DNA of 59,658 nucleotides. It comes from a virus. Taxonomy: Duplodnaviria > Caudoviricetes. A program made the position numbers and the translations under genes. The DNA lies in IMG/VR virus record IMGVR_UViG_3300027851_000001, positions 1 to 59,658 of that record; one strand, written 5' to 3'. The notes beneath the pieces are model-generated. The model did not search any database. It was not told the origin of the DNA and saw only the letters and a list, made by a program, of their open reading frames with translations. This document shows, one piece after another, positions 18,417-26,971 of the stretch (its first letter is position 1; the number at the start of each line of letters is the position of its first letter).

Positions 18417-18892
18417 GGCGCGGTGAGGATTTCGCCTTGGTCCTTGCTGGCCAAGTTCTCGCTGTACCAGCTGACGCCGTACACCACCCACAGGGGGCGC
18501 ACGTACGATAGCGCTTTGAATGCGTTGCGGGGCAGCCACGCCATGCGCGCAGCCACAACCTGCATATCGTTGCGCAGCATCTTCCCCAGCAGCTTGTCAG
18601 CCGCGGCGCGGCCCGCCTTGTCGATGATGCCCAGCTGCCACAGCTGGCACAGCGCGTCGTGCACAAGTGAGGGGCGAACGAACGCCTTGTCGTTGAGCGC
18701 GGGGCCGCTGGCACCGTCCCACGCGTACCACTTGCGGACGATGAGTCGCCCGTCGATGGTCAGGTGCACGAAGTCGTTGCCGCCGGGCTCCACCGGCAGG
18801 ATCATGTCGCCGGCCACATACTGCTCATACTCGGTGACGAGCAGGTGGCGGTACCCCGTCTTGTAGTGGACAACCTGAAACTCGTCGCTCAT
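18413..18892 (-). CDS. DUF1353-like protein
   Basis: YAWDGASGP...PSLVHDALC...RAAADKLL pattern. Confidence 0.6.
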   Translation of the reverse strand: MSDEFQVVHYKTGYRHLLVTEYEQYVAGDMILPVEPGGNDFVHLTIDGRLIVRKWYAWDGASGPALNDKAFVRPSLVHDALCQLWQLGIIDKAGRAAADKLLGKMLRNDMQVVAARMAWLPRNAFKALSYVRPLWVVYGVSWYSENLASKDQGEILTAP

Positions 18893-19401
18893 TCGGACCC
18901 CCATGCTCGGACAACTTGTTGGGCACGCTCGTGGAAAGCATCCCATGTATCACGGTGCGGGCGACCCGGCCTCCATGTCCTGATATACAAGTTCCACGCG
19001 CCCCGGGTGTCGGTGGTGGCCGGCAGGCGTTTCGGGTCCGTGAACAGCAGCAGGCGCGCGGCGGCGGCGGCCAGCACGTCGTTGGTCTCCAGTGTGTTCC
19101 AGATGGCCGTGGCGTTGAACTGCACATCGTGCGCCTTGCAGATGCCGTGCATCCAGTAGCGGGAAGCTGTGTGGTCCACAACCCCTCTACAACCGCCCAG
19201 GCGCTCGAACTGCCAGAAACCCTTGGCCGGCCCGGTGGGGCGCGGGGGGTTGCCGACAAGCTGGCGCCGGTGCAGGAATCGGCTTTCTTGGAGGCCGATG
19301 GCGATGAGCATGACCCGCGCCTCTGGGCTGTCGAACTGCCCTGGCAACATGGCCAGCGCGGATCGTATGGAACTTCGTACTTCGGCGTCAGGTTGGTTCA
19401 C
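18889..19401 (-). CDS. Endolysin (lysozyme/transglycosylase-like)
   Basis: MLIAIGLQESRF...GPAKGFWQFE...YIRTWRPG; follows two membrane-protein genes. Confidence 0.75.
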   Translation of the reverse strand: MNQPDAEVRSSIRSALAMLPGQFDSPEARVMLIAIGLQESRFLHRRQLVGNPPRPTGPAKGFWQFERLGGCRGVVDHTASRYWMHGICKAHDVQFNATAIWNTLETNDVLAAAAARLLLFTDPKRLPATTDTRGAWNLYIRTWRPGRPHRDTWDAFHERAQQVVRAWGSE

Positions 19402-19823
19402 TGGTGGCGCTCCTTCTGTTCGTCCTCGGATTCTTCGAGTGCGGCCCAGTCGCTGCGCAGCATGTCTGCCACGTCTCTGGCCGGGTCAGCGATCATCCGC
19501 AGTAGGCCGCGCGTGCGCGCCTGTTGCATCTTGGTCCCGTCGCGTGCGCGACGCGCTTCGCCCATGCGGTTGGCCCGTATCAGCACGCCGACGCAGACCA
19601 GGGCAATGCCGGTGCGGCACGCGAGGCCCACGTTCTGCCACGCCCACGCCGGGCCGCCTTGTAGGGTCAGCGCTGCGGAGGCCAGCAGCGCGAAGATCAC
19701 GACCACCAGTCCGGCCTTGACCCATGCCCCCTCACGGATGCGCTGGTCCAGCACCACGTAGCCCAGCACCGCACTTGAGAATACAGCTGCGACAGCGTTC
19801 ACCGCGTCGAGTGTGTCATCCAT
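19398..19823 (-). CDS. Membrane protein (3 TM), holin/antiholin-like
   Basis: Three hydrophobic segments and a charged C-terminal tail; overlaps the endolysin start. Confidence 0.55.
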   Translation of the reverse strand: MDDTLDAVNAVAAVFSSAVLGYVVLDQRIREGAWVKAGLVVVIFALLASAALTLQGGPAWAWQNVGLACRTGIALVCVGVLIRANRMGEARRARDGTKMQQARTRGLLRMIADPARDVADMLRSDWAALEESEDEQKERHQ

Positions 19824-19825
19824 GT

Positions 19826-20140
19826 TCAGCCCTTTTTGGTGAACGGCAGAAGGTCGGACAGCTTGGCTTCGCCGATCCACACGACAATCGCCGCGGTGAT
19901 GTTCAGACCGAACAGCCCCACGACGAAGGCTGCCACGTTCCGGTTGGCTTCTGTTTCGGCACCGAAGAACGCTGCCACCGCCGGAGACGTGTACCCGCTG
20001 ATGAGCATGGCGCAGAACAGGTTGAACGCCCGCGACTTCCAGCCGGCTCCGGGCACCCCACGAAGGGCCACGATACCGCCAAGCAGGCCAATAAAAAAGG
20101 GGCTTTTTGTAACAGTTGCGGGGTCAACGTCAAAATTCAT
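19826..20140 (-). CDS. Holin
   Basis: 104 aa with three hydrophobic helices; upstream of the endolysin. Confidence 0.65.
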   Translation of the reverse strand: MNFDVDPATVTKSPFFIGLLGGIVALRGVPGAGWKSRAFNLFCAMLISGYTSPAVAAFFGAETEANRNVAAFVVGLFGLNITAAIVVWIGEAKLSDLLPFTKKG

Positions 20141-20144
20141 GCCG

Positions 20145-20501
20145 TCATACCCCCTTTTGAGTAGGCCACTCCATCGAGGGCAGTGATTTCAGGAAGGCGT
20201 CGATGGTCGGAACCTTGCGCTTGCCGGCCATCACCTCGGCCAGCGCCTGCGTGCCCTGCTGGTAGCAGGCATCCATCCACTGTGCGAACGCCAGCCCCTC
20301 GGCTTGGTACGGCCCCGGGTACGCAGCGCGCAGCGCGCAGGTGACGCGTGTGTCATATCCGCGCTCTTTGGCTGTGGCGTCGATGTGTGCGTCCAGCGCA
20401 GCGGTGTACTGGGTTTGCAGTCCGGCAGGTGACGGAGGCACAACCGGCAGATCGGCGTGCTCGGTGGTCTTGCCCGTCTGGGCGTTGTATTCGTATCGCA
20501 T
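20145..20501 (-). CDS. Tail fiber assembly chaperone-like protein
   Basis: LDAHIDATAKERGYD...YQAEGLAFAQWMDACY...LPSMEWP; directly after the tail fiber gene. Confidence 0.6.
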   Translation of the reverse strand: MRYEYNAQTGKTTEHADLPVVPPSPAGLQTQYTAALDAHIDATAKERGYDTRVTCALRAAYPGPYQAEGLAFAQWMDACYQQGTQALAEVMAGKRKVPTIDAFLKSLPSMEWPTQKGV

Positions 20502-20503
20502 GG

Positions 20504-21544
20504 TCAGCTCCAAGTCGCCCATGCGGCACCAGCGTCAAAAGAGTCAGCCCCGGAACGAGACAGCGCGATGCGATCCAGCGCACCGGGAAGATCGATGTAC
20601 CCCGTGGTCCAACACAGTCCGCCCGCCGTGCGTGACGTCAACCCCTGGCACTCCCACCGGTTTGTGCCGGGCTTCCTGAACAGCGTTACCGTCCCGCGCA
20701 TCGTGGCTGTGGCTGCATTCAGTGGAACTGGGAATCCGGCCGTGATGGCACCTGAGAATGTCCCGGCGAATATGTCATAGGACGCAGATTCAGCGTACCC
20801 GGTGACAACTACACCAGCCGATGTTCCTGCCTGCACCAGCATGGGCTGCGTGCCAGTGGTGCTCACCGCATCCAGATGCAGCTCTACTCGAGTTGCGTAC
20901 GCCGGGATACCAGTGATGGCGTGGGACGTGCCTGACGTCGTAGCAACCACGGCTGACGACTGCCGCTGTAGCTGCACCCACTCGGTGCCGTTATAGTGCT
21001 CGATGCAGTCGAGGTCCGTGTTTTCACCGGTGTCGCCCTGCGTAGGCGCTGCAGGGCGCCCTGCGGTTGCCCACTGCGGAAGGCGGGCCGCGCCGCCCAC
21101 GTTCCAGATGAGCTGATTCGCGCGGCGCGCGTTGTTTCCAGTGGCGTCTACCGGAACCTCGGCGCCGCCGTTCGCGGTCAGCAGCGCGGCCATGGACACA
21201 GCACCAGTGAATGCAGCGCCCGTCAGCATGGCGGTGCCCGTCACCGCGTCGGCGATCGCAGCAGCGACGAACCGCAGTGCCACGATGTCGCCGGCGTTCC
21301 AGCCCAGCGCCGTGGTGTTGTCCTGCGCACGCACGATGGTGAGCGTGTCGACCGCGCGGCCGGTGCACTTCACGATCTCGCGGTCCAGCGCCGCGTTCTC
21401 CAGCACGAGGTAGAAGTAGTCCCCAACGCCAGGGTTCGGGAAGCGCGCGCCGTGGCCGGTCTGCACCGTCAGCGACAAGTCGCCTGCCAGCAGCGGGGCG
21501 GCCAGCTGTGACCGTGCGAAGTTGGTGAACAGAATGCCAGCCAT
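20504..21544 (-). CDS. Tail fiber protein
   Basis: N-terminal anchor (FTNFARSQLAAP...REIVKCT...TIVRAQDNT) and a variable beta-rich C-terminus. Confidence 0.7.
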   Translation of the reverse strand: MAGILFTNFARSQLAAPLLAGDLSLTVQTGHGARFPNPGVGDYFYLVLENAALDREIVKCTGRAVDTLTIVRAQDNTTALGWNAGDIVALRFVAAAIADAVTGTAMLTGAAFTGAVSMAALLTANGGAEVPVDATGNNARRANQLIWNVGGAARLPQWATAGRPAAPTQGDTGENTDLDCIEHYNGTEWVQLQRQSSAVVATTSGTSHAITGIPAYATRVELHLDAVSTTGTQPMLVQAGTSAGVVVTGYAESASYDIFAGTFSGAITAGFPVPLNAATATMRGTVTLFRKPGTNRWECQGLTSRTAGGLCWTTGYIDLPGALDRIALSRSGADSFDAGAAWATWS

Positions 21545-21552
21545 GTGTTACC

Positions 21553-22200
21553 TCAAGCGAAGGGGCGTGCCTCGACGCGAAGCGCCTGTCGAGTGTAGCC
21601 GGAGTCAGCGCGCCAGCGGGCGTCGGAGACAAGATCTGTCCACATCTTGCCGTGGAAAATGGCATCTTTCGCGCTAGACCAGCCCCGGTTGGGCATGCTC
21701 ATCAGGTCGTGCAGCACGCCGTGGAACAGACACCTGCGAAACTCGTTGTACAGGTCCGTGTCCCACTGGGTTGCCGTGGGCGTGGGGCGCAGGCAGCACT
21801 GCACGTGCAGGTCGCCGGCCGTATCTGGTGCAGGCGCCACGGTTAGCGTGGTCCCGGCGCCGCTGTGGAACAGCCGCGGCGTGCCTTCCTCGCCAGTGGG
21901 CACCTTGGCGCGCAGCAGCGCCAGCGGGAGCCAGCGCAGGTCGTGCCGTGCGGCCGAGACGACGACGTACGCTTCCAGCACATCGAGCGGCTCGGCGTAG
22001 GCCACCGGGGAGGCCAGTGTGTAGCCTTCCTGCGACACCACCAGCGTGATGGCGTCCAGATCCACACGCCACACCTTGGCGCGCTGGCACAGGTCCGTGA
22101 TGATCTTGCGGTACGAGTTCTCGATCACCGGCGCCGGACACCCTTGGAGATGGCCTGACGCCTCGTAGATCATGCCGCTGATATCGATCGGTGCGCCCAT
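21553..22200 (-). CDS. Head-tail adaptor/tail structural protein
   Basis: Operon position; LMSMPNRGWS motif. Confidence 0.55.
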   Translation of the reverse strand: MGAPIDISGMIYEASGHLQGCPAPVIENSYRKIITDLCQRAKVWRVDLDAITLVVSQEGYTLASPVAYAEPLDVLEAYVVVSAARHDLRWLPLALLRAKVPTGEEGTPRLFHSGAGTTLTVAPAPDTAGDLHVQCCLRPTPTATQWDTDLYNEFRRCLFHGVLHDLMSMPNRGWSSAKDAIFHGKMWTDLVSDARWRADSGYTRQALRVEARPFA

Positions 22201-22209
22201 GGGGTGTCC

Positions 22210-22851
22210 TTATTTCGTCGAACTGCCGCCAGCGGCGGGGTCGTCGGTGATCTGGCGGGTGGTGAGGCCGGCGGCCAGCGCTGAGTCGTAGGCGTCCTTG
22301 TACATCTTGGCGCGGCCGGACTCGGTGTGTTCGGCATCCACGGACTCCAGCAGCCACACGGTGCCGTTGACCACTGTGGACAGATAGGCGTCCTGCAGCG
22401 CGATGGTGTCTCCGAGCGCCGTCACCGGCACGCAGCGGGCGTAGGCGATGGACAGCGCGTCCCCGGCGGTAGCCGGCGGGAACACGTAGAAGCGGTTCGG
22501 GGCGCGCGGGTAGCGCATCCAGTTGGTGGCCGCCGCGGCGTTCTGGCCGGGCCAGCCGGGCGACAGCAGGTCCAGCGCCTCTTGGTTGATTTCCTTGAGG
22601 GACTGGCCGTTCTTGTTGCGCAGCACGTCGACCAGCCGCACGGAGTCTGCGGGGGCTTCCTGCAGCGCGCCGGCGGCGCAGGTGATGTCGGCGAAGTGGA
22701 TGAACAGGTCCGGGCGGATGATCGCCATGCCCCGCACGATCTGGTCGATCTTGCGCAGCACGAACGGGTCCGAGTAGCGGTAGTCCGGGCCCATGCTGTC
22801 TTGCACGAGATCACGGACCTCGGTGAGGACTGCCTGGGCGGTGAAGCTCAT
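22210..22851 (-). CDS. Head-tail adaptor (tail tubular A-like)
   Basis: Operon position; IIRPDLF...LVDVLRN...RFYVFPP pattern. Confidence 0.6.
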   Translation of the reverse strand: MSFTAQAVLTEVRDLVQDSMGPDYRYSDPFVLRKIDQIVRGMAIIRPDLFIHFADITCAAGALQEAPADSVRLVDVLRNKNGQSLKEINQEALDLLSPGWPGQNAAAATNWMRYPRAPNRFYVFPPATAGDALSIAYARCVPVTALGDTIALQDAYLSTVVNGTVWLLESVDAEHTESGRAKMYKDAYDSALAAGLTTRQITDDPAAGGSSTK

Positions 22852-23093
22852 GGCAGGTTGCGCGAGGCGTCAGCGGACAGGGCGGCTTCGTCGATCATCA
22901 CGACGTCATCGAACGTCACCGGTGCGGCAGCCTTGGGTTTTTCCTTCGGTGCGCGGGGGCCCTTGGCGGGCGGTGCGATGGTTTCTTCGGCTGGCTCGTC
23001 AGGGATCGGCTCGAAGTCGGCGCGCTTGGCGAACACCGCCTGATACGCGTAGACAATGCCGGAAGGTATGTGACGGATGTACTTGGTCTGCAT
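22848..23093 (-). CDS. Hypothetical protein
   Basis: GGAG RBS; overlaps the downstream start. Confidence 0.55.
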   Translation of the reverse strand: MQTKYIRHIPSGIVYAYQAVFAKRADFEPIPDEPAEETIAPPAKGPRAPKEKPKAAAPVTFDDVVMIDEAALSADASRNLP

Positions 23094-23152
23094 GAGGGTT
23101 CTCCATGGAAGTCAGGGGGCACGCGGCCCCCTGATTCTACGTCTGCAGGGGG

Positions 23153-23602
23153 TCAGGCAGCGATGGCCGAGACCATCTTGCCGAACACGCGCACGCGCAG
23201 CACGCCAGCGCCCAGGCCAGCGGTGTTCTGCTGCAGGCGCACGAACGACGCAGCGCCGGCGTTGACCACCGTGTTGGCGGCCGTGGCCAGTTTCACCAGC
23301 TTGGTGCCAGCAGCGGCGTCGGTGGCCCATGCGGTCAGGCCGGTCACGTCGGTGCCACCAAGCTGGATGTCCACGGTGCCCGTGGCAGTGCCGGGGCGCA
23401 CCACGGTGACGGCAGCGGCGTGAACGATGAAGCCGGACAGGTCCGGGATCTCGAAGAACGACACCGTGTCGGTTGCGGCGACGGCCAGCTTGGAGCCGTC
23501 AATCTCGAAGTCCAGCATGATGTCGCCGGGGAAGCCGGGACGGTCAGTGGAGGCGGGGCCCATGCCTGCAGCGCGCAGGACGGCGATGGTTTTGTCAGCC
23601 AT
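23153..23602 (-). CDS. Capsid decoration/cement-like protein
   Basis: 149 aa, beta-rich; immediately downstream of the major capsid gene. Confidence 0.55.
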   Translation of the reverse strand: MADKTIAVLRAAGMGPASTDRPGFPGDIMLDFEIDGSKLAVAATDTVSFFEIPDLSGFIVHAAAVTVVRPGTATGTVDIQLGGTDVTGLTAWATDAAAGTKLVKLATAANTVVNAGAASFVRLQQNTAGLGAGVLRVRVFGKMVSAIAA

Positions 23603-23637
23603 GATTCAGGTTCCTTTTCAGAATTGGGGGTTGAACT

Positions 23638-23656
23638 ACCCCGGCCGAAGCCGGGG
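23638..23656 (-). terminator. GC hairpin with TTCG loop after the capsid gene (weak terminator or processing site)
   Basis: Minus strand CCCCGGC-TTCG-GCCGGGG with a poor U-tract. Confidence 0.45.
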
Positions 23657-23664
23657 CGGTGTCA

Positions 23665-24582
23665 TCACTGGCGGACGTAGCCTTTGGCCAGGGCTTCGGG
23701 CTTCACAACCTTGTAGCCGTAGACCTGCACGCCGCGCACGATGTTGCCGAAGGTGGATTCAGCACGGATGCTTTCCATCGCGGTCATCTGCGAAGCGAAG
23801 GTCAGGCCCATCTTGTGGCCGGCGACGATGCTGAAGCAGGTGTTGCCGGTGTCGGTCACGCGGTTCAGGTTGTGCGACACGTACAGGGTGAACGTGTCGA
23901 TCATGCCCAGGCGGCCGTTGCGCAGGATGGAGGTGGCGTCTCCCGACAGGGAGGCGTCCTTCAGATCCGACTTTTTGATCATGCCGGCCATCCAGGCAGG
24001 GATCACCATGAAGCGGCCCGACTCGGGTGCGTTGGCTTCGGCCAGGACCGTGCCCATGTCGACGATGAAGTCGAGCACGTTGGTCTTGGTCAGCTGCAGC
24101 GGGGTGCCGGCCACGCCCAGGTTGATGTTCTGGCTGATGCGGCCAGCGGTGGCACCCTGGTTCAGGCTGGAGATGTCGGTCAGCATGCCGGTCAGCACTT
24201 CGCGGTCGATGCTGAGCTTCATGTTTTCCGACGCATCCTTGGACCACGTGTCCATCAGGTTGATGTCGGACTGGACCTTGTCCACGTCGTCCTCGATCAC
24301 GGCGAAGTACTCGCCCTGGTCGATGAGCAGCTGGATCTTCGGCTTGTCCGGGCGGTCCACCGTCAGGGTCATGCCCTTCTGGTACGGACGGGTGTTGATG
24401 GTCGGGGTGGTACGGATGTTGACCGTGTCACCTTGCGACTTGATCTCGCCTTCGTAGTCGGTGTTCGAGATCGCCGGCAGCACGGATGCGTCGTAGAAGT
24501 TCTCGATCAGTTTCGAGGACCAGATCTCGGGAATGAAGTTGCCGCTGTATTGCGCGGCGCCGGGGGCAACGGGGTATGCCAT
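23665..24582 (-). CDS. Major capsid protein
   Basis: NFIPEIWSSKL...NTDYEGEIKSQGDTVNI...RGVQVYGYKVVKPEAL; follows the scaffold gene. Confidence 0.9.
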   Translation of the reverse strand: MAYPVAPGAAQYSGNFIPEIWSSKLIENFYDASVLPAISNTDYEGEIKSQGDTVNIRTTPTINTRPYQKGMTLTVDRPDKPKIQLLIDQGEYFAVIEDDVDKVQSDINLMDTWSKDASENMKLSIDREVLTGMLTDISSLNQGATAGRISQNINLGVAGTPLQLTKTNVLDFIVDMGTVLAEANAPESGRFMVIPAWMAGMIKKSDLKDASLSGDATSILRNGRLGMIDTFTLYVSHNLNRVTDTGNTCFSIVAGHKMGLTFASQMTAMESIRAESTFGNIVRGVQVYGYKVVKPEALAKGYVRQ

Positions 24583-24600
24583 GTGGGGCTCCTGTAGGGT

Positions 24601-25641
24601 TTAAGCTGCACTCAGGACAACGCGTCCTTCGTGCTGGGCGGCGTAGATGTCCTGCTCCAGCGCCTGCGCCTGCTGTTCCTTGCCCTTGTACTTGCCGGAC
24701 AGCTTGTCGCGGTAGAAAGCGGCGATGTCCTCGCGCGTCCACTGCTTCTTCTGGGCCGACTGCGGAGGTGCCGTGCCGGTGCTTGCGCGCCCGGGTGCGA
24801 CCTGCCGCTCCAGGCGCTCGCGCGCGCTGGGTGCTTGGGGGGTTACAGCGGCAGCAGGGGCTGCAGCGGCTTGGGGGGTTCCGTTGAGTCGCTTGTACGC
24901 GTTGAAGATGCTCACCACGCGTCCGAGATCGAGGTTGTCGTGCGCGTCCTTCAGCAGGGTGTCGCGTTGCAGGCCCGTGAATTCGTCCTCCTCAACCAGC
25001 CACGCGTGGAACGCGGCGTTGTCGTTGATGGACCGCCAGTCGCCCACAGCCCGGGTGAGGCTGTCGTAGAACTGGTCGCGCGTGTTGGCCACTTGCGTGT
25101 GGGCAACGGACTCCACCACCGGGCCCAGGCGGCGAAGCGCCTGGACTTGTGCGGCCATGGCTTGCACGGCTTGCGCCAAGGGAGCCATCTCGTCGCGGGC
25201 GGCGCGGCGGACGAAGTCCACCATTTCGCCACCGTACTCGGAGCTGTCCTTGTCGGTGATGTGAGAGGCGCGGGGCTTGGCCGGCTGCGCAGGAGTCGAT
25301 TGCATCTGGGCGACCAGCTGCTCAAGATTCCGGCGTGCGGCGTCGGCGTCACGGAGTTTGGCCTGCAGCGAGTTGTGCACCCCTTGGAGGGAGCGCCACC
25401 GCTGGGCGAAGGTTTCACTGTTCTCGTCGTCGGTCTGGGTGTCACCGGCAGCGGGGGCAGGCGAGGGATCAGCAACAGGTGCGGGCGCAACGGCTTCACC
25501 TGCGGGGGCAGGTTGGGCAGAGGGATCGTTGTCAGCTGCGGGATCACCGTCGACGGGGGTGTCGGCGGGCTCACCGGAGAGCTGCTTGATCATCTCGTTG
25601 GCGCGGGCGGCGTTCGCTGCGATCTGCTCTTGGATGGACAT
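24601..25641 (-). CDS. Capsid scaffolding protein
   Basis: Acidic, Pro-rich N-terminus, coiled coil, C-terminal IYAAQHEGRV; directly upstream of the capsid gene. Confidence 0.75.
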   Translation of the reverse strand: MSIQEQIAANAARANEMIKQLSGEPADTPVDGDPAADNDPSAQPAPAGEAVAPAPVADPSPAPAAGDTQTDDENSETFAQRWRSLQGVHNSLQAKLRDADAARRNLEQLVAQMQSTPAQPAKPRASHITDKDSSEYGGEMVDFVRRAARDEMAPLAQAVQAMAAQVQALRRLGPVVESVAHTQVANTRDQFYDSLTRAVGDWRSINDNAAFHAWLVEEDEFTGLQRDTLLKDAHDNLDLGRVVSIFNAYKRLNGTPQAAAAPAAAVTPQAPSARERLERQVAPGRASTGTAPPQSAQKKQWTREDIAAFYRDKLSGKYKGKEQQAQALEQDIYAAQHEGRVVLSAA

Positions 25642-25676
25642 GGTTCGTACCTTGCTTTCTGCTAAGGAGTTGGGTT

Positions 25677-25877
25677 TCAGGGCTCGATGAGCTGCCGGAG
25701 TTCGGTCAGCATCTGCACCCGCCCTTTGAGGGTGCTGAAAAGTTCAGTGCTGGTGGCGCATAGCCGCTCCATCTCTGCCACGCGCATGCGGGTCAGCAGT
25801 TCGCGCAAGGCGTCATGCTGCCTGCCCAGCTGTTTGAGCAGCTGGCGATCGGCGGGAGAGAGGTCGTACGCGCCCAC
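25677..25877 (-). CDS. Hypothetical protein (portal-scaffold interval)
   Basis: GTG start; ...LKGRVQMLTELRQLIEP. Confidence 0.5.
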   Translation of the reverse strand: MGAYDLSPADRQLLKQLGRQHDALRELLTRMRVAEMERLCATSTELFSTLKGRVQMLTELRQLIEP

Positions 25878-25879
25878 GA

Positions 25880-26200
25880 TCAGCCTTGTTTCACCAGCAG
25901 GAACGTGTAGGTGCCTGCCGTGGGAGTGAGGGCGCCAGCCGTGGGGTTCACGAACTGCAGCGCCAGCGTACCGGTCGTTGCGCACTTCGCGGACACCAGC
26001 GCGGTGGCGTTGGAGATGGGGTTTTGCATTGGGATGACGCCGGTGCCAGCCACTAGGCCAGCGACCGTGACGTTCTGGTACGCGGCCGTGGCAGCAGCGA
26101 CTTCGGCCGGGGTCAGGGACACGCTGATGTGCGAACCGCCGGCCGGGGTGGCAACGGCGGGGATCAGCAGGTTGTCGGTATCGGTGGTGACGCGAGACAT
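25880..26200 (-). CDS. Hypothetical virion protein
   Basis: GGAG RBS; Thr/Ala/Val-rich. Confidence 0.6.
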   Translation of the reverse strand: MSRVTTDTDNLLIPAVATPAGGSHISVSLTPAEVAAATAAYQNVTVAGLVAGTGVIPMQNPISNATALVSAKCATTGTLALQFVNPTAGALTPTAGTYTFLLVKQG

Positions 26201-26250
26201 GGCAGGCTCCAGGCTAGGAAAAGCCGCGCTCCGCGGCGAAGTAAGTGCAC

Positions 26251-26278
26251 ACTATACACGAGGTGTAACAGGTGTCAA
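26251..26278 (-). promoter_or_regulatory. sigma70-like promoter for the head genes
   Basis: Minus strand TTGACA-16 nt-TATAGT in an intergenic gap. Confidence 0.55.
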
Positions 26279-26283
26279 CGCGC

Positions 26284-26493
26284 TCAACAGGGTTTCTTAC
26301 CCTTGACCATGCCGCCGGCCTTGTACGGCGTGGCTTTCTTGGTCTGGGGGAAGAAAAAGTCCGAGTAGGACATGGTTTTCTCGGGCGCCTTGGGTTTCGG
26401 CGGTGCCGGGGCGGGCGCTGGCTGCGCCGTGGTGGCGGCTTCCTGGGCGGCGAGTTGTTTGCCGCGGAGGCCGGAAAGTTTTTCGGTGGCCAT
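26284..26493 (-). CDS. Small basic protein ending GKKPC
   Basis: TGATG coupling with the upstream gene. Confidence 0.55.
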   Translation of the reverse strand: MATEKLSGLRGKQLAAQEAATTAQPAPAPAPPKPKAPEKTMSYSDFFFPQTKKATPYKAGGMVKGKKPC

Positions 26494-26726
26494 CAGAGCA
26501 CCCCGCGGATCTTCGTGGCAGCGGTGCCGGTGGCCAGCACCTCGACAGCACACACCTCCAGCATGGTGCCAGCCGGCACGGACTCGAACAGGGCCGTGGC
26601 ACCGCCCAAGCGGTGGCGGATGGTGATGTTGCCCGCGCCGCCGATCCACAGCTTGCGCACGCGCTGGAAGGTGGTGCCGTCTGCGGGGGTGATGGCGAAA
26701 GATTCTGTTCCGGTTTCGCTGCTCAT
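26493..26726 (-). CDS. Head-spike base-like protein (GTA Rcc01079-like)
   Basis: AITPADG...LWIGGAGNI...VPAGTMLEV...VLATGTAAT pattern. Confidence 0.6.
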   Translation of the reverse strand: MSSETGTESFAITPADGTTFQRVRKLWIGGAGNITIRHRLGGATALFESVPAGTMLEVCAVEVLATGTAATKIRGVL

Positions 26727-26750
26727 GTCAGGCTCCTGTGATTTGGTTCG

Positions 26751-26969
26751 TTACAACAGTGGTTCGCCGGTGTACGTGCACCAGCTTTTGCGCGCTCGTG
26801 CCCACGCGCCCATGAATTTCGCAACCGGCGTTGTTTGTGGCTGCGCATAGAAGCCCTCCGCCGCTGAGTCGAACGCATCCGCGCACAGCCGCAGCTCGTG
26901 CTCCAGAGGGAGATTGTCGGCATTCGCTCTTTCGCGCATGGCGTCGGAGAGGGTGGTCCCGGTTGGCAC
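26751..26969 (-). CDS. Hypothetical protein
   Basis: GTG start right after the portal stop, with an AGGAG RBS. Confidence 0.5.
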   Translation of the reverse strand: MPTGTTLSDAMRERANADNLPLEHELRLCADAFDSAAEGFYAQPQTTPVAKFMGAWARARKSWCTYTGEPLL

Positions 26970-26971
26970 CG